From Bacillota bacterium (GTDB lineage: Bacteria > Bacillota > Clostridia > Christensenellales > Aristaeellaceae), in contig JAKPNM010000005.1 in the NCBI GenBank assembly GCA_029548395.1, positions 815 to 64,814 of the forward strand: a DNA stretch of 64,000 nucleotides, given 5' to 3'. Below, piece by piece: positions 1 to 9,653 of the stretch. The notes under the pieces were generated by a model. The model had not been told where the DNA came from. It was given only the letters and a program-made list of their open reading frames with translations, and ran no database searches. Made by a program: the position numbers and the translations under genes. How positions within the stretch are numbered: the first letter of the stretch is position 1; every line of letters begins with the position of its first letter.

Positions 1-687
1 AACGTTTTTGAGTTCAACAACATGACCGCTGCGGAGTGCATGACCCACCGGACCGATGTCTACGCTGTCTGGGTGGATGACAGCAATGAGGAAATCATCG
101 CCCTGATTGGCCAGACCGGTCTGTCTCGTTTTCCGGTGTATGAGGAGGATTTGGACCATATCATCGGCACCTTGTTCACGCGCGAGTTTCTCCTGAACCT
201 GCAAAGCGAATCGCCCTTGCCGCTGAGCGAGATCATCCGAGAGGCGCATTTTGTGCCGGAGACCGTACGCACCGATTTGCTCTTCCGGGACATGCAGCGC
301 AACAAGTTCCATATGGCGGTGGTGGTGGACGAGTATGGCGGCACCAGCGGCCTGATCACCATGGAGGACTTGCTGGAGGAGATTGTCGGCAACATCTATG
401 ATGAGTATGATCCTCAGGATCAGCAGGAGTTTGAGCAGCTTGGCGAGAACCGCTGGCGTGTGGCCGGCACGCTGGATGTGGAGTCCTTCAACGAGCTTAG
501 CGGACAGTCGCTGCCCGTCAATGATGAGTATGATACCGTCGGCGGGCTGATCTTAAGCCAGATGAACAGCATCCCTGAGGATGGCAGCCAGCCGGAGGTG
601 ACGATAGAGGGCCTGGATTTCAAGGTGAAGAGCGTTTCAGGCCGCAGAATCGAATGGGTGGAGGTGAGCAAACCTGATGGAGTATGA
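1..687 (+). CDS. CBS-pair + CorC/HlyC C-terminal domain protein (TlyC/CorC 'hemolysin' family), 5' end outside window
   Basis: Frame is open from nt 1 (NVFEFNN precedes the listed Met at 22). CBS-pair-like sequence is followed by a transporter-associated C-terminal domain (GTSGLITMEDLLEEIVGNIYDEYD). Confidence 0.75.
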   Translation, partial: NVFEFNNMTAAECMTHRTDVYAVWVDDSNEEIIALIGQTGLSRFPVYEEDLDHIIGTLFTREFLLNLQSESPLPLSEIIREAHFVPETVRTDLLFRDMQRNKFHMAVVVDEYGGTSGLITMEDLLEEIVGNIYDEYDPQDQQEFEQLGENRWRVAGTLDVESFNELSGQSLPVNDEYDTVGGLILSQMNSIPEDGSQPEVTIEGLDFKVKSVSGRRIEWVEVSKPDGV

Positions 688-1546
688 TGTCATTATCGTA
701 GGCGGCGGGGTCGCTGGCTGCTCAGCTGCGATTACGGCGCGGCAGCGCAACCTGAATACCCTGGTCATCTACAATGGTGACGGCGCGCTGGGCAAGACCG
801 GGCAGATCGACAACTACCCCGGTTTTCCGGGCATCAAGGGTCCGGCGCTGCTCAGGCACCTGCGGGAGCATGCCCGGGGGATGCGCGCCGAGTTTGTCCG
901 CGCGCTGGTGCGCCGCGTCATGCCCATGGACGGCAGCTTTTTAGTGCTGGCCGGCAACGACATATATACAGGCAAGTCGGTCATCCTCGCCATGGGAACC
1001 GCGCGGGTCGCGCCCCTTCCCGGGGAGGAGGATTTGGTCGGCCGGGGCGTCAGCTATTGCGCTACCTGTGACGGCATGTTTTACAAGGATGGCACGGTGC
1101 TGGTCATCGCCTCGGATGAGGAAGCGGTGGAGGAAGCCGTCTTTCTGTCCACCCTGGCCAAGGTGCTGTATGTCAAGGAGCGGCCGCACAACACAGCCGG
1201 TCTGCCGCCCCAGGTAAGGCAGCTGCCCGGCAAACCGCTGAAGCTTTTGGCCAAGGGTGAGCAGCTTGTCCTTGAGACCGATCAGGGTGAGGTGACGGCT
1301 GACGGCGCCTTTATCCTGCGCCCGGCGGTTGCCATGACCCAGCTGATTCCCGAGGTGCAAACCGAAAACGGCAGGCTTGTGCTGGACAATGATTTGATGA
1401 CATCCGTTCCGGGCGTGTTCGCCGCGGGCGACATCACAGGCGCACCGTTGCAGGCGGCCAAGGCTGCTGGAGAGGGCAACATCGCGGTGCTGGCGGTCGC
1501 CAGGCACCTCGCCCGGCGCAACAACTCCGCAGGAGAGAATCGATGA
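677..1546 (+). CDS. Thioredoxin-reductase-like flavoprotein (low-Mr TrxR fold) without recognisable NADPH-binding motifs
   Basis: 289 aa. N-terminal FAD motif IIVGGGVAGCSAA and redox motif CATCDG are present. Where TrxB has GGGxSAxEEA and HRR, this protein has IASDEEAVEEA and VKERPH. It overlaps the upstream gene by 11 nt. Confidence 0.75.
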   Translation: MEYDVIIVGGGVAGCSAAITARQRNLNTLVIYNGDGALGKTGQIDNYPGFPGIKGPALLRHLREHARGMRAEFVRALVRRVMPMDGSFLVLAGNDIYTGKSVILAMGTARVAPLPGEEDLVGRGVSYCATCDGMFYKDGTVLVIASDEEAVEEAVFLSTLAKVLYVKERPHNTAGLPPQVRQLPGKPLKLLAKGEQLVLETDQGEVTADGAFILRPAVAMTQLIPEVQTENGRLVLDNDLMTSVPGVFAAGDITGAPLQAAKAAGEGNIAVLAVARHLARRNNSAGENR

Positions 1547-2580
1547 AGAGATTAACCCTTGTTCTGGCCTTGGCGCTGCTGATGATCCTGTCAGCGCAGG
1601 CGGCTCCCACACGCAGCCTGACCCCGGCCGCGCTGGAGCACGCGGAGCTGATCGCGCAGATCCAGCCGCTGGCGGATGCCGTAGCCGCAGTTGCCATACG
1701 TCAGGGCATTGTCCACTTCCAGGATGGCACCCCGCCCGGCAGCCCGCTGATGGAGGGGCTGCTCTGCCAGGCGCTCAGCAGCCACCTGCTGGTGGTTGAG
1801 GCCTCCGACACTGCCGTGCGTCTTTCCCGGCAGAAGGCGCAGGAGGCCGCCAGGCGTTTGTTTTTTGTACAGGACCTGCCGGAGTTCGCGGTCCCCGTTT
1901 ATCCCGGTGTCAGCCTGGAAGAGGATGTGCTGCGCTTTGACACAGCCCGCCAGGAGGATTTTATCGGCGCCCATATCCATGACATCGCCCTCACTGAGGA
2001 AGAGATGATTCTCAAGGCTGACGTTTTCCGCCTCAATGGCATTGTTGCGGGCGCTGTGGAGGCGCCGGAGGAAAGCCTGACCTGGTTGGGGCATCTTGAC
2101 CTGTGGCTGCGCCCCCAGGCGGATGCCCTGCTGGGCTTTTCCCTGTCGGGCTTTTCCCTGCCTGAGCGCTATGCGCCTGCGGGCTTTATGCTGCACATAC
2201 AAAAAAAACGTTTTGAAGTGCAGTATCCGGATTTTTTGACGCAGGAACTCAAGCAGGAGGGAACCTTCCTCAGCCTGTCAAGCGAGGATGGCGCGGTGAC
2301 GCTGAATGTCCGGGATGTGCCCGGCACACTGGAAGCGCTGAAGGCTGACTGGCTTCAGCAGAACGGCGACGATGAGCGTTGCGGCGCGAATCTGGAAAAC
2401 AGCCGTTTGCTTCTCTTCGCTCCGGGCCTTGTGCGGCTGGCGTATTTTGACCCGCAAAACGGAATGGATACTTGCCTGGTGCTGGAGATGCGCTTCCCGC
2501 CCGAGAAAGAGCAGGAGTTCTCTCTCTGGCAGACTTTTCTGGAAAATTCCTTTGTTGTCTACAGCCACTCGGTAGGCTGA
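1543..2580 (+). CDS. Hypothetical exported protein
   Basis: 345 aa. Signal-peptide-like N-terminus [24 protein letters not shown] start/stop overlap with the TrxR-like gene. No family recognised. Confidence 0.55.
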   Translation: MKRLTLVLALALLMILSAQAAPTRSLTPAALEHAELIAQIQPLADAVAAVAIRQGIVHFQDGTPPGSPLMEGLLCQALSSHLLVVEASDTAVRLSRQKAQEAARRLFFVQDLPEFAVPVYPGVSLEEDVLRFDTARQEDFIGAHIHDIALTEEEMILKADVFRLNGIVAGAVEAPEESLTWLGHLDLWLRPQADALLGFSLSGFSLPERYAPAGFMLHIQKKRFEVQYPDFLTQELKQEGTFLSLSSEDGAVTLNVRDVPGTLEALKADWLQQNGDDERCGANLENSRLLLFAPGLVRLAYFDPQNGMDTCLVLEMRFPPEKEQEFSLWQTFLENSFVVYSHSVG

Positions 2581-2636
2581 TGACAGCTTCTCCGCAGCAG
2601 CGGGATGAACTTCATGAAGACAAGGAGGGTGTTATC

Positions 2637-3668
2637 ATGCTGATGGATGCTCTGGTGAAACAGGCCGCGCAGCCCGGTCTGACGCTGACCCGGGTGCCCC
2701 GTCCGGAACCCGGCCCGGACGAGGTGCTGATCAAGATTCATAAAACAGCCATTTGCGGTACGGACCTGCACATCTACAACTGGGATTCCTGGAGCCAAGC
2801 CCACATCAAGCCGCCCATCACCATCGGGCATGAGTATGTGGGCGAGATCGCCCAAATCGGCAGCATGGTCAAGCATTTTGAGGTTGGCCAGACAGTTTCC
2901 GGTGAGGGGCATCTGGTTTGCGGCCAGTGCCGCAACTGCCGGGCCGGACGCGGCCAGTGGTGTAAATTTACCCAGGGCGTGGGCGTGAACCGCGACGGCG
3001 CCTTTGCCGAGTACCTGTGCATTCCCGCCAGCAACTGCATCCCCATCAGCCCGGACCTGGATGAGGAGGTCGTCTCCTTTTTTGACGCCTTCGGCAACGC
3101 CACCCACACCGCCCTGATGTTTGACGTGGTGGGGGAGGATGTGCTGATTACCGGCGCCGGCCCCATCGGCGTGATGGCGGCCGCCATTTGCCGGCACAAC
3201 GGCGCGCGCAATGTGGTCATTACCGATCTGAAGGACTACCGTTTGGAACTGGCCCGCAAACTGGGCGCCACGCGCACGGTCAACGTGGCGCGGGAAGACC
3301 TGGCGCAGGTCATGGGTGAGCTGAACATGGTGGAGGGCTTTGATGTGGGGCTGGAAATGTCAGGTGCGGAATCGGCCTTGAAGCAGATGCTGGACCTGAT
3401 GCGAAACGGCGGTCAAATCGCGCTGCTGGGCCTGTTTGGCAGGCAGCCGGCCATCGACCTGGACAAGTTCATCTTCAAGGGCTTGACCTTGCAGGGCATC
3501 TATGGCCGCAAGATGTATGAAACCTGGTACAAGATGGCGGCCATGATACAGTCCGGACTGGATTTGCGGCCGCTGATCACCCATCGTTTTCCCTACCAGC
3601 GCTTTGATGAGGCCTTTGCCATCATGAACACAGGGGAGAGCGGCAAGATTATCCTGGAATGGCAGTAA
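2637..3668 (+). CDS. tdh: L-threonine 3-dehydrogenase (Zn-dependent MDR family)
   Basis: ATG at 2637 lies 8 nt after [16 protein letters not shown]...[16 protein letters not shown]...GHEYVGE...GEGH.VCG.C..C resembles Tdh, and kbl follows. The upstream part of the listed ORF (2472-2636) overlaps the preceding gene. Confidence 0.85.
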   Translation: MLMDALVKQAAQPGLTLTRVPRPEPGPDEVLIKIHKTAICGTDLHIYNWDSWSQAHIKPPITIGHEYVGEIAQIGSMVKHFEVGQTVSGEGHLVCGQCRNCRAGRGQWCKFTQGVGVNRDGAFAEYLCIPASNCIPISPDLDEEVVSFFDAFGNATHTALMFDVVGEDVLITGAGPIGVMAAAICRHNGARNVVITDLKDYRLELARKLGATRTVNVAREDLAQVMGELNMVEGFDVGLEMSGAESALKQMLDLMRNGGQIALLGLFGRQPAIDLDKFIFKGLTLQGIYGRKMYETWYKMAAMIQSGLDLRPLITHRFPYQRFDEAFAIMNTGESGKIILEWQ

Positions 3669-3687
3669 GCAGGACACAGTATTTACT

Positions 3688-4893
3688 ATGATGAAGGAGG
3701 CTCCCGTGGCAAAGAAGAAAGCTCTTGACGTGTACTTACAGCAGCTTGAGGACATCCGCAAGGCCGGCACCTGGCGTGAGGAACGCGTCATCACCACCCC
3801 GCAAATGAGCCGCATTGACACCACCCAAAACCAGGATGTTCTCAACCTGTGCGCCAACAACTACCTGGGCCTGTCCAATGACAGCCGTGTGATCAAGGCG
3901 GCGCGCGACGCGTATGATACCTGGGGCTTTGGCTTGTCCAGCGTGCGCTTCATCTGCGGCACCCAGCTCATCCACAAGCGATTGGAGCAGCGCCTGGCTG
4001 CCTTCCTGCAAATGGACGATGTGATTTTGTATTCCTCCTGCTTTGACGCCAATGGCGGCCTGTTTGAAACCCTGCTGGGCGAGAACGATGCGGTCATTTC
4101 CGATGAGCTCAACCATGCCTCCATCATTGACGGCATCCGCCTGTGCAAGGCGCGGCGGCTTCGTTACAAAAACAGCGACATGGCGCAACTGGAGCAGCAC
4201 CTCAGGGATACCCAGGATTGCCGTATCCGCCTGATTGCCACTGACGGCGTTTTCTCAATGGATGGCTACCTGGCCAGGCTCAAGGACATCTGCGACCTGG
4301 CTGAACGCTATGACGCCCTGGTCATGGTGGATGACAGCCATGCCACCGGCTTCATGGGCCAGGCCGGCCGGGGCACGCATGAGGCCTGTGGCGTCATGGG
4401 CCGGGTGGACATCATCACCAGCACCTTCGGTAAAGCCCTGGGCGGAGCTTCCGGCGGCTTCACCGCTGCCCGGCAGCCCATTGTGGATCTGCTGCGCCAG
4501 CGCTCAAGGCCCTACCTGTTCTCCAACTCCCTTGCGCCCACCATTTGCGCCGCCACGCTCAAGGCGCTGGATTTGCTGGAGTCCTCTACCGAACTGCGTG
4601 ACCGGGTGCATGAGAACGCCGGCTATTTCCGCAGTAAAATGGACGAATTGGGCTTTGAGCTGCTCCCGGGCGAACACCCGATCGTGCCGGTCATGCTGTA
4701 TGACGCGCATGTTGCGCAGGAGATGGCCACGCGCATGCTGGCGCATGGCGTGTATGTCATCGCCTTCAGCTATCCCGTGGTTCCCCAGGGAAAGGCCCGC
4801 ATCCGTACCCAGATTTCCGCCGCCCACAGCTATGAGGACCTTGACCGCGCGGTCGGGGCCTTCAAGGCGGTCAAACAGGAAATGAAACTGTAA
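3688..4893 (+). CDS. kbl: 2-amino-3-ketobutyrate CoA ligase (glycine C-acetyltransferase)
   Basis: 401 aa of the alpha-oxoamine synthase family (NYLGLS..., [20 protein letters not shown]). It forms the canonical pair with tdh. Confidence 0.85.
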   Translation: MMKEAPVAKKKALDVYLQQLEDIRKAGTWREERVITTPQMSRIDTTQNQDVLNLCANNYLGLSNDSRVIKAARDAYDTWGFGLSSVRFICGTQLIHKRLEQRLAAFLQMDDVILYSSCFDANGGLFETLLGENDAVISDELNHASIIDGIRLCKARRLRYKNSDMAQLEQHLRDTQDCRIRLIATDGVFSMDGYLARLKDICDLAERYDALVMVDDSHATGFMGQAGRGTHEACGVMGRVDIITSTFGKALGGASGGFTAARQPIVDLLRQRSRPYLFSNSLAPTICAATLKALDLLESSTELRDRVHENAGYFRSKMDELGFELLPGEHPIVPVMLYDAHVAQEMATRMLAHGVYVIAFSYPVVPQGKARIRTQISAAHSYEDLDRAVGAFKAVKQEMKL

Positions 4894-4909
4894 AGCAAGC
4901 GAGGACGTT

Positions 4910-5914
4910 ATGAGCGAACCTACCAGACGGCCGGTTCTGTTTTCCGGCATCCAGCCATCCGGCAGCATCCACCTGGGCAACTACATGAGCGCCATGCGCA
5001 GTTTCCTGCGCCTGGAGAGCGATTATGACTGCCTGTTTTCCATTGTCGACCTGCACGCGCTCACCGTGCGCCAGGAACCCGCGACCCTGCGCCGCAACAG
5101 CCTGGAGCTGGCTGCGCTGTATATCGCCGCCGGGCTCAACCCTGAGCGCAGCATCATCTATTGCCAGAGCCATGTGCCCCAGCACGCCGAGCTGGCCTGG
5201 ATTCTCAACTGCTTCACCTACATGGGCGAGCTGTCCCGCATGACCCAGTTCAAGGACAAGGCAAGGCAGCACAAGGACAATATCAACGCCGGGCTGTTCA
5301 CCTACCCGGTGCTGATGGCGGCGGACATCCTGCTGTATCAGACGGATGTCGTGCCCGTGGGCGCCGACCAGAAGCAGCATCTGGAGATCGCCCGCGACAT
5401 CGCGCTGCGCTTCAATGCCATTCATCCAGGCACCTTCAAGGTGCCGGAGCCGGACATTCAGGAGGAAACCGCCAAGATCCAAAGCCTGAGCGACCCCATG
5501 AAAAAGATGTCCAAGTCCGACCAGGAGGACAGCTTTGTCGCGGTGCTGGACAGCCCGGATGTCATCGCGCGCAAGTTCCGCCGCGCAGTGACCGATTCAG
5601 AGACCGAGATCCGCTACGATCCGGAAAACAAGCCCGGCGTGTCCAACCTGCTTACCATCCTGTCCGTCCTGGGCGGGGAAGATATGGAATCCCTGGTCAG
5701 CCGTCTGGCCGGCCACGGCTACGGCGAACTGAAACAGGAGGCCGCCGAGGTAACCATCGAGACGTTCAAACCCATTCAGCAGCGCTTCCGCGAGCTGATC
5801 AGCGATAAGGACTATATGGCAAAAACCCTGCAAAACAACGCCGAGCGCGCCCGGACGCTGGCCGGCCGCACGCTGCGCAGGGTGTACAAGAAGCTGGGGC
5901 TCTACCAGCCCTGA
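4910..5914 (+). CDS. trpS: Tryptophan--tRNA ligase
   Basis: 334 aa. Class I motifs GSIHLGNY (HIGH-like) and KMSKS are present. GAGGA RBS. The start is 16 nt after the kbl stop. Confidence 0.9.
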   Translation: MSEPTRRPVLFSGIQPSGSIHLGNYMSAMRSFLRLESDYDCLFSIVDLHALTVRQEPATLRRNSLELAALYIAAGLNPERSIIYCQSHVPQHAELAWILNCFTYMGELSRMTQFKDKARQHKDNINAGLFTYPVLMAADILLYQTDVVPVGADQKQHLEIARDIALRFNAIHPGTFKVPEPDIQEETAKIQSLSDPMKKMSKSDQEDSFVAVLDSPDVIARKFRRAVTDSETEIRYDPENKPGVSNLLTILSVLGGEDMESLVSRLAGHGYGELKQEAAEVTIETFKPIQQRFRELISDKDYMAKTLQNNAERARTLAGRTLRRVYKKLGLYQP

Positions 5915-5924
5915 GGGGCGTCTT

Positions 5925-6848
5925 ATGCAAACCATTCCCTTCCCCGGCCATACTCCTTATCCGCGCAGCGTCAGCCTCTGGCAGCCTGCAGGCGCGCCGC
6001 GTGCGCTTGTGCTGCTGTCCCACGGCATGGCTGAGCACATCGCGCGCTATGATCATGTAGGAGCATCGCTTGCCGGGCGCGGCTACCTGGTGGCCGGCTA
6101 CAACCATTTGGGCCATGGGGCCGAGGCGCCCCGCCTGGGCTGGTTCGCCAAGCGGGATGGCTGGAGCCGCCTGGTCGAGGACCTCAAAACCGTGATGGAC
6201 AGCCTGGCTGCCCCGGGGCTGCCGCGCGTCCTGCTTGGCCACAGCATGGGCAGCTTTCTGGCGCGGGAATATGCCCTGCGTTATCCGGATGGCCTGGAAG
6301 CCCTGGTGATCTCCGGTACCGGCTGGCATCCAAAACCGCTGTGCATAGCCGGTTTGCTGCCTGCCAAAGCGCTGTGTCTGTTAGGGCGGGGGCACAAGCC
6401 CTCGGCCCTGCTGGACCGGCTGGCTTTTTCCGCCAACAACAGGCCTTTTGCCAGCGCCGGCGGCACAGCCTGTGATTGGCTGAGCCGGGACGCGCAACAG
6501 GTGCAGGCTTACCTTTCCGATCCCTTGTGCGGCTTTGTGTTTACCGCTTCCGGCTTTGCGGATTTGTTTGACGGGCTGTTGAATTTAAGCAGGACAGCGC
6601 GCTTGAATAATCTGCCGGGCGGTTTGCCTGTGCTGCTGCTCTCCGGCAGCCGCGACCCGGTGGGCGGCATGGGAAAAGGGGTGCGTGCGGTGGCCGGTCA
6701 GTACCGTGATGCAGGATTGGGCAAGGTAATGATCAGGCTGTATGAAGGCGCCCGACACGAGGTTTTCAACGAAACGAACAGGCAGGAGGTTCTGGAGGAT
6801 TTGGCGGCCTGGCTGAATCAGCAGGGCTCCATGAAAGGAGTGGAATGA
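5925..6848 (+). CDS. Alpha/beta hydrolase (lysophospholipase / monoacylglycerol-lipase-like)
   Basis: 307 aa. HGMAEH oxyanion region and nucleophile elbow GHSMGS. Confidence 0.7.
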   Translation: MQTIPFPGHTPYPRSVSLWQPAGAPRALVLLSHGMAEHIARYDHVGASLAGRGYLVAGYNHLGHGAEAPRLGWFAKRDGWSRLVEDLKTVMDSLAAPGLPRVLLGHSMGSFLAREYALRYPDGLEALVISGTGWHPKPLCIAGLLPAKALCLLGRGHKPSALLDRLAFSANNRPFASAGGTACDWLSRDAQQVQAYLSDPLCGFVFTASGFADLFDGLLNLSRTARLNNLPGGLPVLLLSGSRDPVGGMGKGVRAVAGQYRDAGLGKVMIRLYEGARHEVFNETNRQEVLEDLAAWLNQQGSMKGVE

Positions 6849-7801
6849 TGCAGGCATTTCCCGGAGATATCACCAAGGTACATGGCATTCGGGTAGGACA
6901 GGCGCAAAACGAGACCGCGCGCACAGGCGTCACGGTTGTTGTAGGGCCGCGTGAGGGCGCGATGGCCGGGGTCAGCGTGCGCGGCGCGGCGCCCGGCACA
7001 CGGGAAACCGATGTGCTCAAGCCTGGAAACCTGGTAGAAGTTGCCCATGCGGTCGTGCTGTCCGGCGGCAGCGCCTTTGGCCTGGCGGCGGCGGATGGCG
7101 TCATGCGCTTTTTGGCGCAGTCAGGCGTTGGTGTTGACATGGGCATTGCCCGCATCCCCATCGTGCCCGCCGCTGTATTGTTTGACCTGGGCGTGGGCGA
7201 ATCGGGCATTTACCCGGACGCGGCCATGGGCCGCGCGGCGGTCACCGCTGCCGGCAAAGGCGTCCAGCAGGGGCCCTATGGCGCGGGCTGCGGCTGCACG
7301 ATCGGCAAACTGGTGCAAAACACCGTTCCATACCAGGGCGGTACAGGTACCGCCTCCCTGACCTTGCCTGAGGGCGTTACGGTGGGCGCGCTGGTCGCGC
7401 TCAACGCGGTGGGGGATGTGTATCATCCGTATACAGGCCAGTGCCTGGCCAGCGCGCACCTGAGCGACGGCAGCCCGGTGTATGCCGATGGCCTGCTGTT
7501 TGGCAGCGCGCCCATGCGCATGCAAATGCGCATCCCGGCTCCGGGCACCAACACCACCATCGGCGTGGTGGCGGTGGACTGCAAGCTGACCAAGTCCGAG
7601 GCTGCCCGCCTGGCCGATGTGGCGCATGATGGCCTGGCGCGCACCATCCGTCCCTGCCATACGCAAATGGATGGCGATACCCTTTTCTCCATGGCGACCG
7701 GCCGTGTGCTGCGCGATGTCAATTTTGTCAAGCTGTGCGCCGCGGTGCAGGAGGTTACCGCGCGCGCGGTGGCCAACGCCGTCATCAACACCCCGCAGTG
7801 A
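6845..7801 (+). CDS. P1/S58 (DmpA-like) family peptidase
   Basis: 318 aa. ITKVHGIRVGQ...GVTVV...RETD...LSGGSAFGL pattern typical of DmpA/BapA-type Ntn aminopeptidases. ATGA overlap with the upstream gene. Confidence 0.7.
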   Translation: MMQAFPGDITKVHGIRVGQAQNETARTGVTVVVGPREGAMAGVSVRGAAPGTRETDVLKPGNLVEVAHAVVLSGGSAFGLAAADGVMRFLAQSGVGVDMGIARIPIVPAAVLFDLGVGESGIYPDAAMGRAAVTAAGKGVQQGPYGAGCGCTIGKLVQNTVPYQGGTGTASLTLPEGVTVGALVALNAVGDVYHPYTGQCLASAHLSDGSPVYADGLLFGSAPMRMQMRIPAPGTNTTIGVVAVDCKLTKSEAARLADVAHDGLARTIRPCHTQMDGDTLFSMATGRVLRDVNFVKLCAAVQEVTARAVANAVINTPQ

Positions 7802-8184
7802 TCATCGGCATTGGCACCGATTTGTGCCAGGTGCAGCGCATGTCGCAGCTGCTTGATGATGGCAGCTTTCTGCGGCGATATTTTGAGCAGGCAGAGCAGG
7901 CTTATATCCTGGCCCGCGGCGCCTGCGCCGCGCAGTCGATGGCCGGGCATTTTGCCGCCAAAGAAGCCTTTGTCAAGGCGCTGGGCGCAGGCTTTGATGG
8001 CATCCGCCCGGAGGACATTGTCATCGCGCACAAGCCCGGCGGCGCCCCATACTATGACCTGCGCTCAAGCGCGCTTGACGCGGCGCGGAAGGCCGGCGCG
8101 CACCGCGCGCATCTGAGCATCACGCATGATGGCGGCCTAGCCAGCGCTTTTTGTGTTTTGGAGGGTGAATGCACATCATTGTAA
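7798..8184 (+). CDS. acpS: Holo-[acyl-carrier-protein] synthase
   Basis: GTG at 7798 overlaps the upstream stop (GTGA). VIIGIGTDLCQVQRM...HFAAKEAFVKALG...HLSITHDGG is AcpS-like. About 128 aa. Confidence 0.8.
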   Translation: MIIGIGTDLCQVQRMSQLLDDGSFLRRYFEQAEQAYILARGACAAQSMAGHFAAKEAFVKALGAGFDGIRPEDIVIAHKPGGAPYYDLRSSALDAARKAGAHRAHLSITHDGGLASAFCVLEGECTSL

Positions 8185-9653
8185 ACCCGCAGCAAATGCG
8201 CGCATTGGAAGCGCGCGCTTTTTCACTTGGCGTGCCCAGCCTGCTGCTGATGGAGAATGCTGCCCGCGCCGCGCAGCAGGTCGTCGCGCAGGAACTTCAC
8301 GGCGTGAAGGGCAAGGATATCCTGTATCTGGCAGGCAAGGGCAACAATGGCGGAGACGGCCTTGCCATGGCGCGCCTGTGCCTGAAAAACGGCGGCAAGC
8401 CGCGCGTGCTGCTGCTGGGCGCGCCCGAAACAGCGGATGCGCAGACCAACCTGTCCTATATAAAGGCTTTGGACATCCCTGTGATCCTGTGGGATGAGCC
8501 GGCCGCGCGGGAAGGCCTGCTGCGCGCGCCGGATGCTGTGGTGGACGCCATGTTTGGCATTGGTTTTCACGGCTGCCTGCCCGAGGCGCTTGAACGGCTT
8601 TCGGCAGTCATCGCCTCCTGGCGGGTGCCGGTCTTTGCGGTGGACATCCCCAGCGGCATGGATGGCCGGACCGGACGGATTGCCGGCGGGGTCATCGCCG
8701 CAAGCCACACCCTGGCAATCGGCCACCTCAAGACCGGTCACTGCCTGAGCCCTCACCTGGACACAATGGGGAAGGTGCACATGCTGCCCATTGGCATTCC
8801 TGAGGCGGCGTATCAGGCGCTGGAAGGGCAATGTATTCTTACTGCGCTGGAAGCCGGGGACTTGCCCGGGCGCTTGCCGGCGCGCTCGCGCAACGCGCAC
8901 AAGGGGGATGCCGGGCGCGTGCTGCTGTACATGGGCTCCGCCGGTATGACCGGCGCCGCGGGCATGGCCGCGCTAGCCTGTCTGCGCGCGGGGGCTGGAC
9001 TTGTCACGCTGGCATGCGATCCGGACATCATGCCCATCCTGCAAACCCTGGTGCCAAATGCCATGTGCCTTCCCATTGACCGGGCGCTTACAAAGACGCC
9101 CCGCCATGAGGTGCTGGCCCTCGGCAGCGGCCTGGGGCAGTCTGAGGATCTATGGGAGAATATCCTGGGCTTATGGAATCCGGACAGACGCAGCGTATGG
9201 GACGCGGACGCGCTCAACCTGCTGGCCTCAAAGCCCATGAAGCTGGGTGAGAAGGCTGTCATCACGCCCCACCCGGGCGAGGCCGCGCGCTTGCTGGATG
9301 TCCCGCTGTCACAGATCCTCAATGACCCGCTGGGCTCAGCGCAGGCGCTCCAGGAACGCTATGACTGCACAGTGGTGCTCAAAAGCGCCTGCAGCGTGAT
9401 CTGCGACGGGCAGCGCGCTGCGCTGAACATCCTTGGTTCACCGGCGCTGTCCAAGGGCGGCAGCGGGGATGCGCTGACCGGCATTCTGGCCGGTCTGACG
9501 GCCCAGCAGCCGGATGCCCCGGGCTTTGAAACCGCCCGCACCGCCTGCCTGTGGCTGGGTTTGGCCGGCAGGCTGGCGGAACAAATCCACGGCGTCCATG
9601 GCGCGCTGACCAGCGAGGTCATCGCGTGTATGCACCCGGCCGCAAAGCCATAA
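8169..9653 (+). CDS. nnr: Bifunctional NAD(P)H-hydrate repair enzyme (epimerase + ADP-dependent dehydratase)
   Basis: 494 aa. YjeF_N-like N-terminal half (GKGNNGGDGL) and carbohydrate-kinase-like C-terminal half (HKGDAGRVL..., GGSGDALTG). GGAGGG RBS. Confidence 0.85.
   Translation: MHIIVNPQQMRALEARAFSLGVPSLLLMENAARAAQQVVAQELHGVKGKDILYLAGKGNNGGDGLAMARLCLKNGGKPRVLLLGAPETADAQTNLSYIKALDIPVILWDEPAAREGLLRAPDAVVDAMFGIGFHGCLPEALERLSAVIASWRVPVFAVDIPSGMDGRTGRIAGGVIAASHTLAIGHLKTGHCLSPHLDTMGKVHMLPIGIPEAAYQALEGQCILTALEAGDLPGRLPARSRNAHKGDAGRVLLYMGSAGMTGAAGMAALACLRAGAGLVTLACDPDIMPILQTLVPNAMCLPIDRALTKTPRHEVLALGSGLGQSEDLWENILGLWNPDRRSVWDADALNLLASKPMKLGEKAVITPHPGEAARLLDVPLSQILNDPLGSAQALQERYDCTVVLKSACSVICDGQRAALNILGSPALSKGGSGDALTGILAGLTAQQPDAPGFETARTACLWLGLAGRLAEQIHGVHGALTSEVIACMHPAAKP

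Noticed and set aside
1-687. Calling the CBS/CorC-domain gene a haemolysin or toxin.
   Set aside because: The 'hemolysin' label for the TlyC/CorC family is historical. The visible domains (CBS pair plus CorC_HlyC) indicate an ion-transport-associated membrane protein, and the gene is truncated by the window edge.
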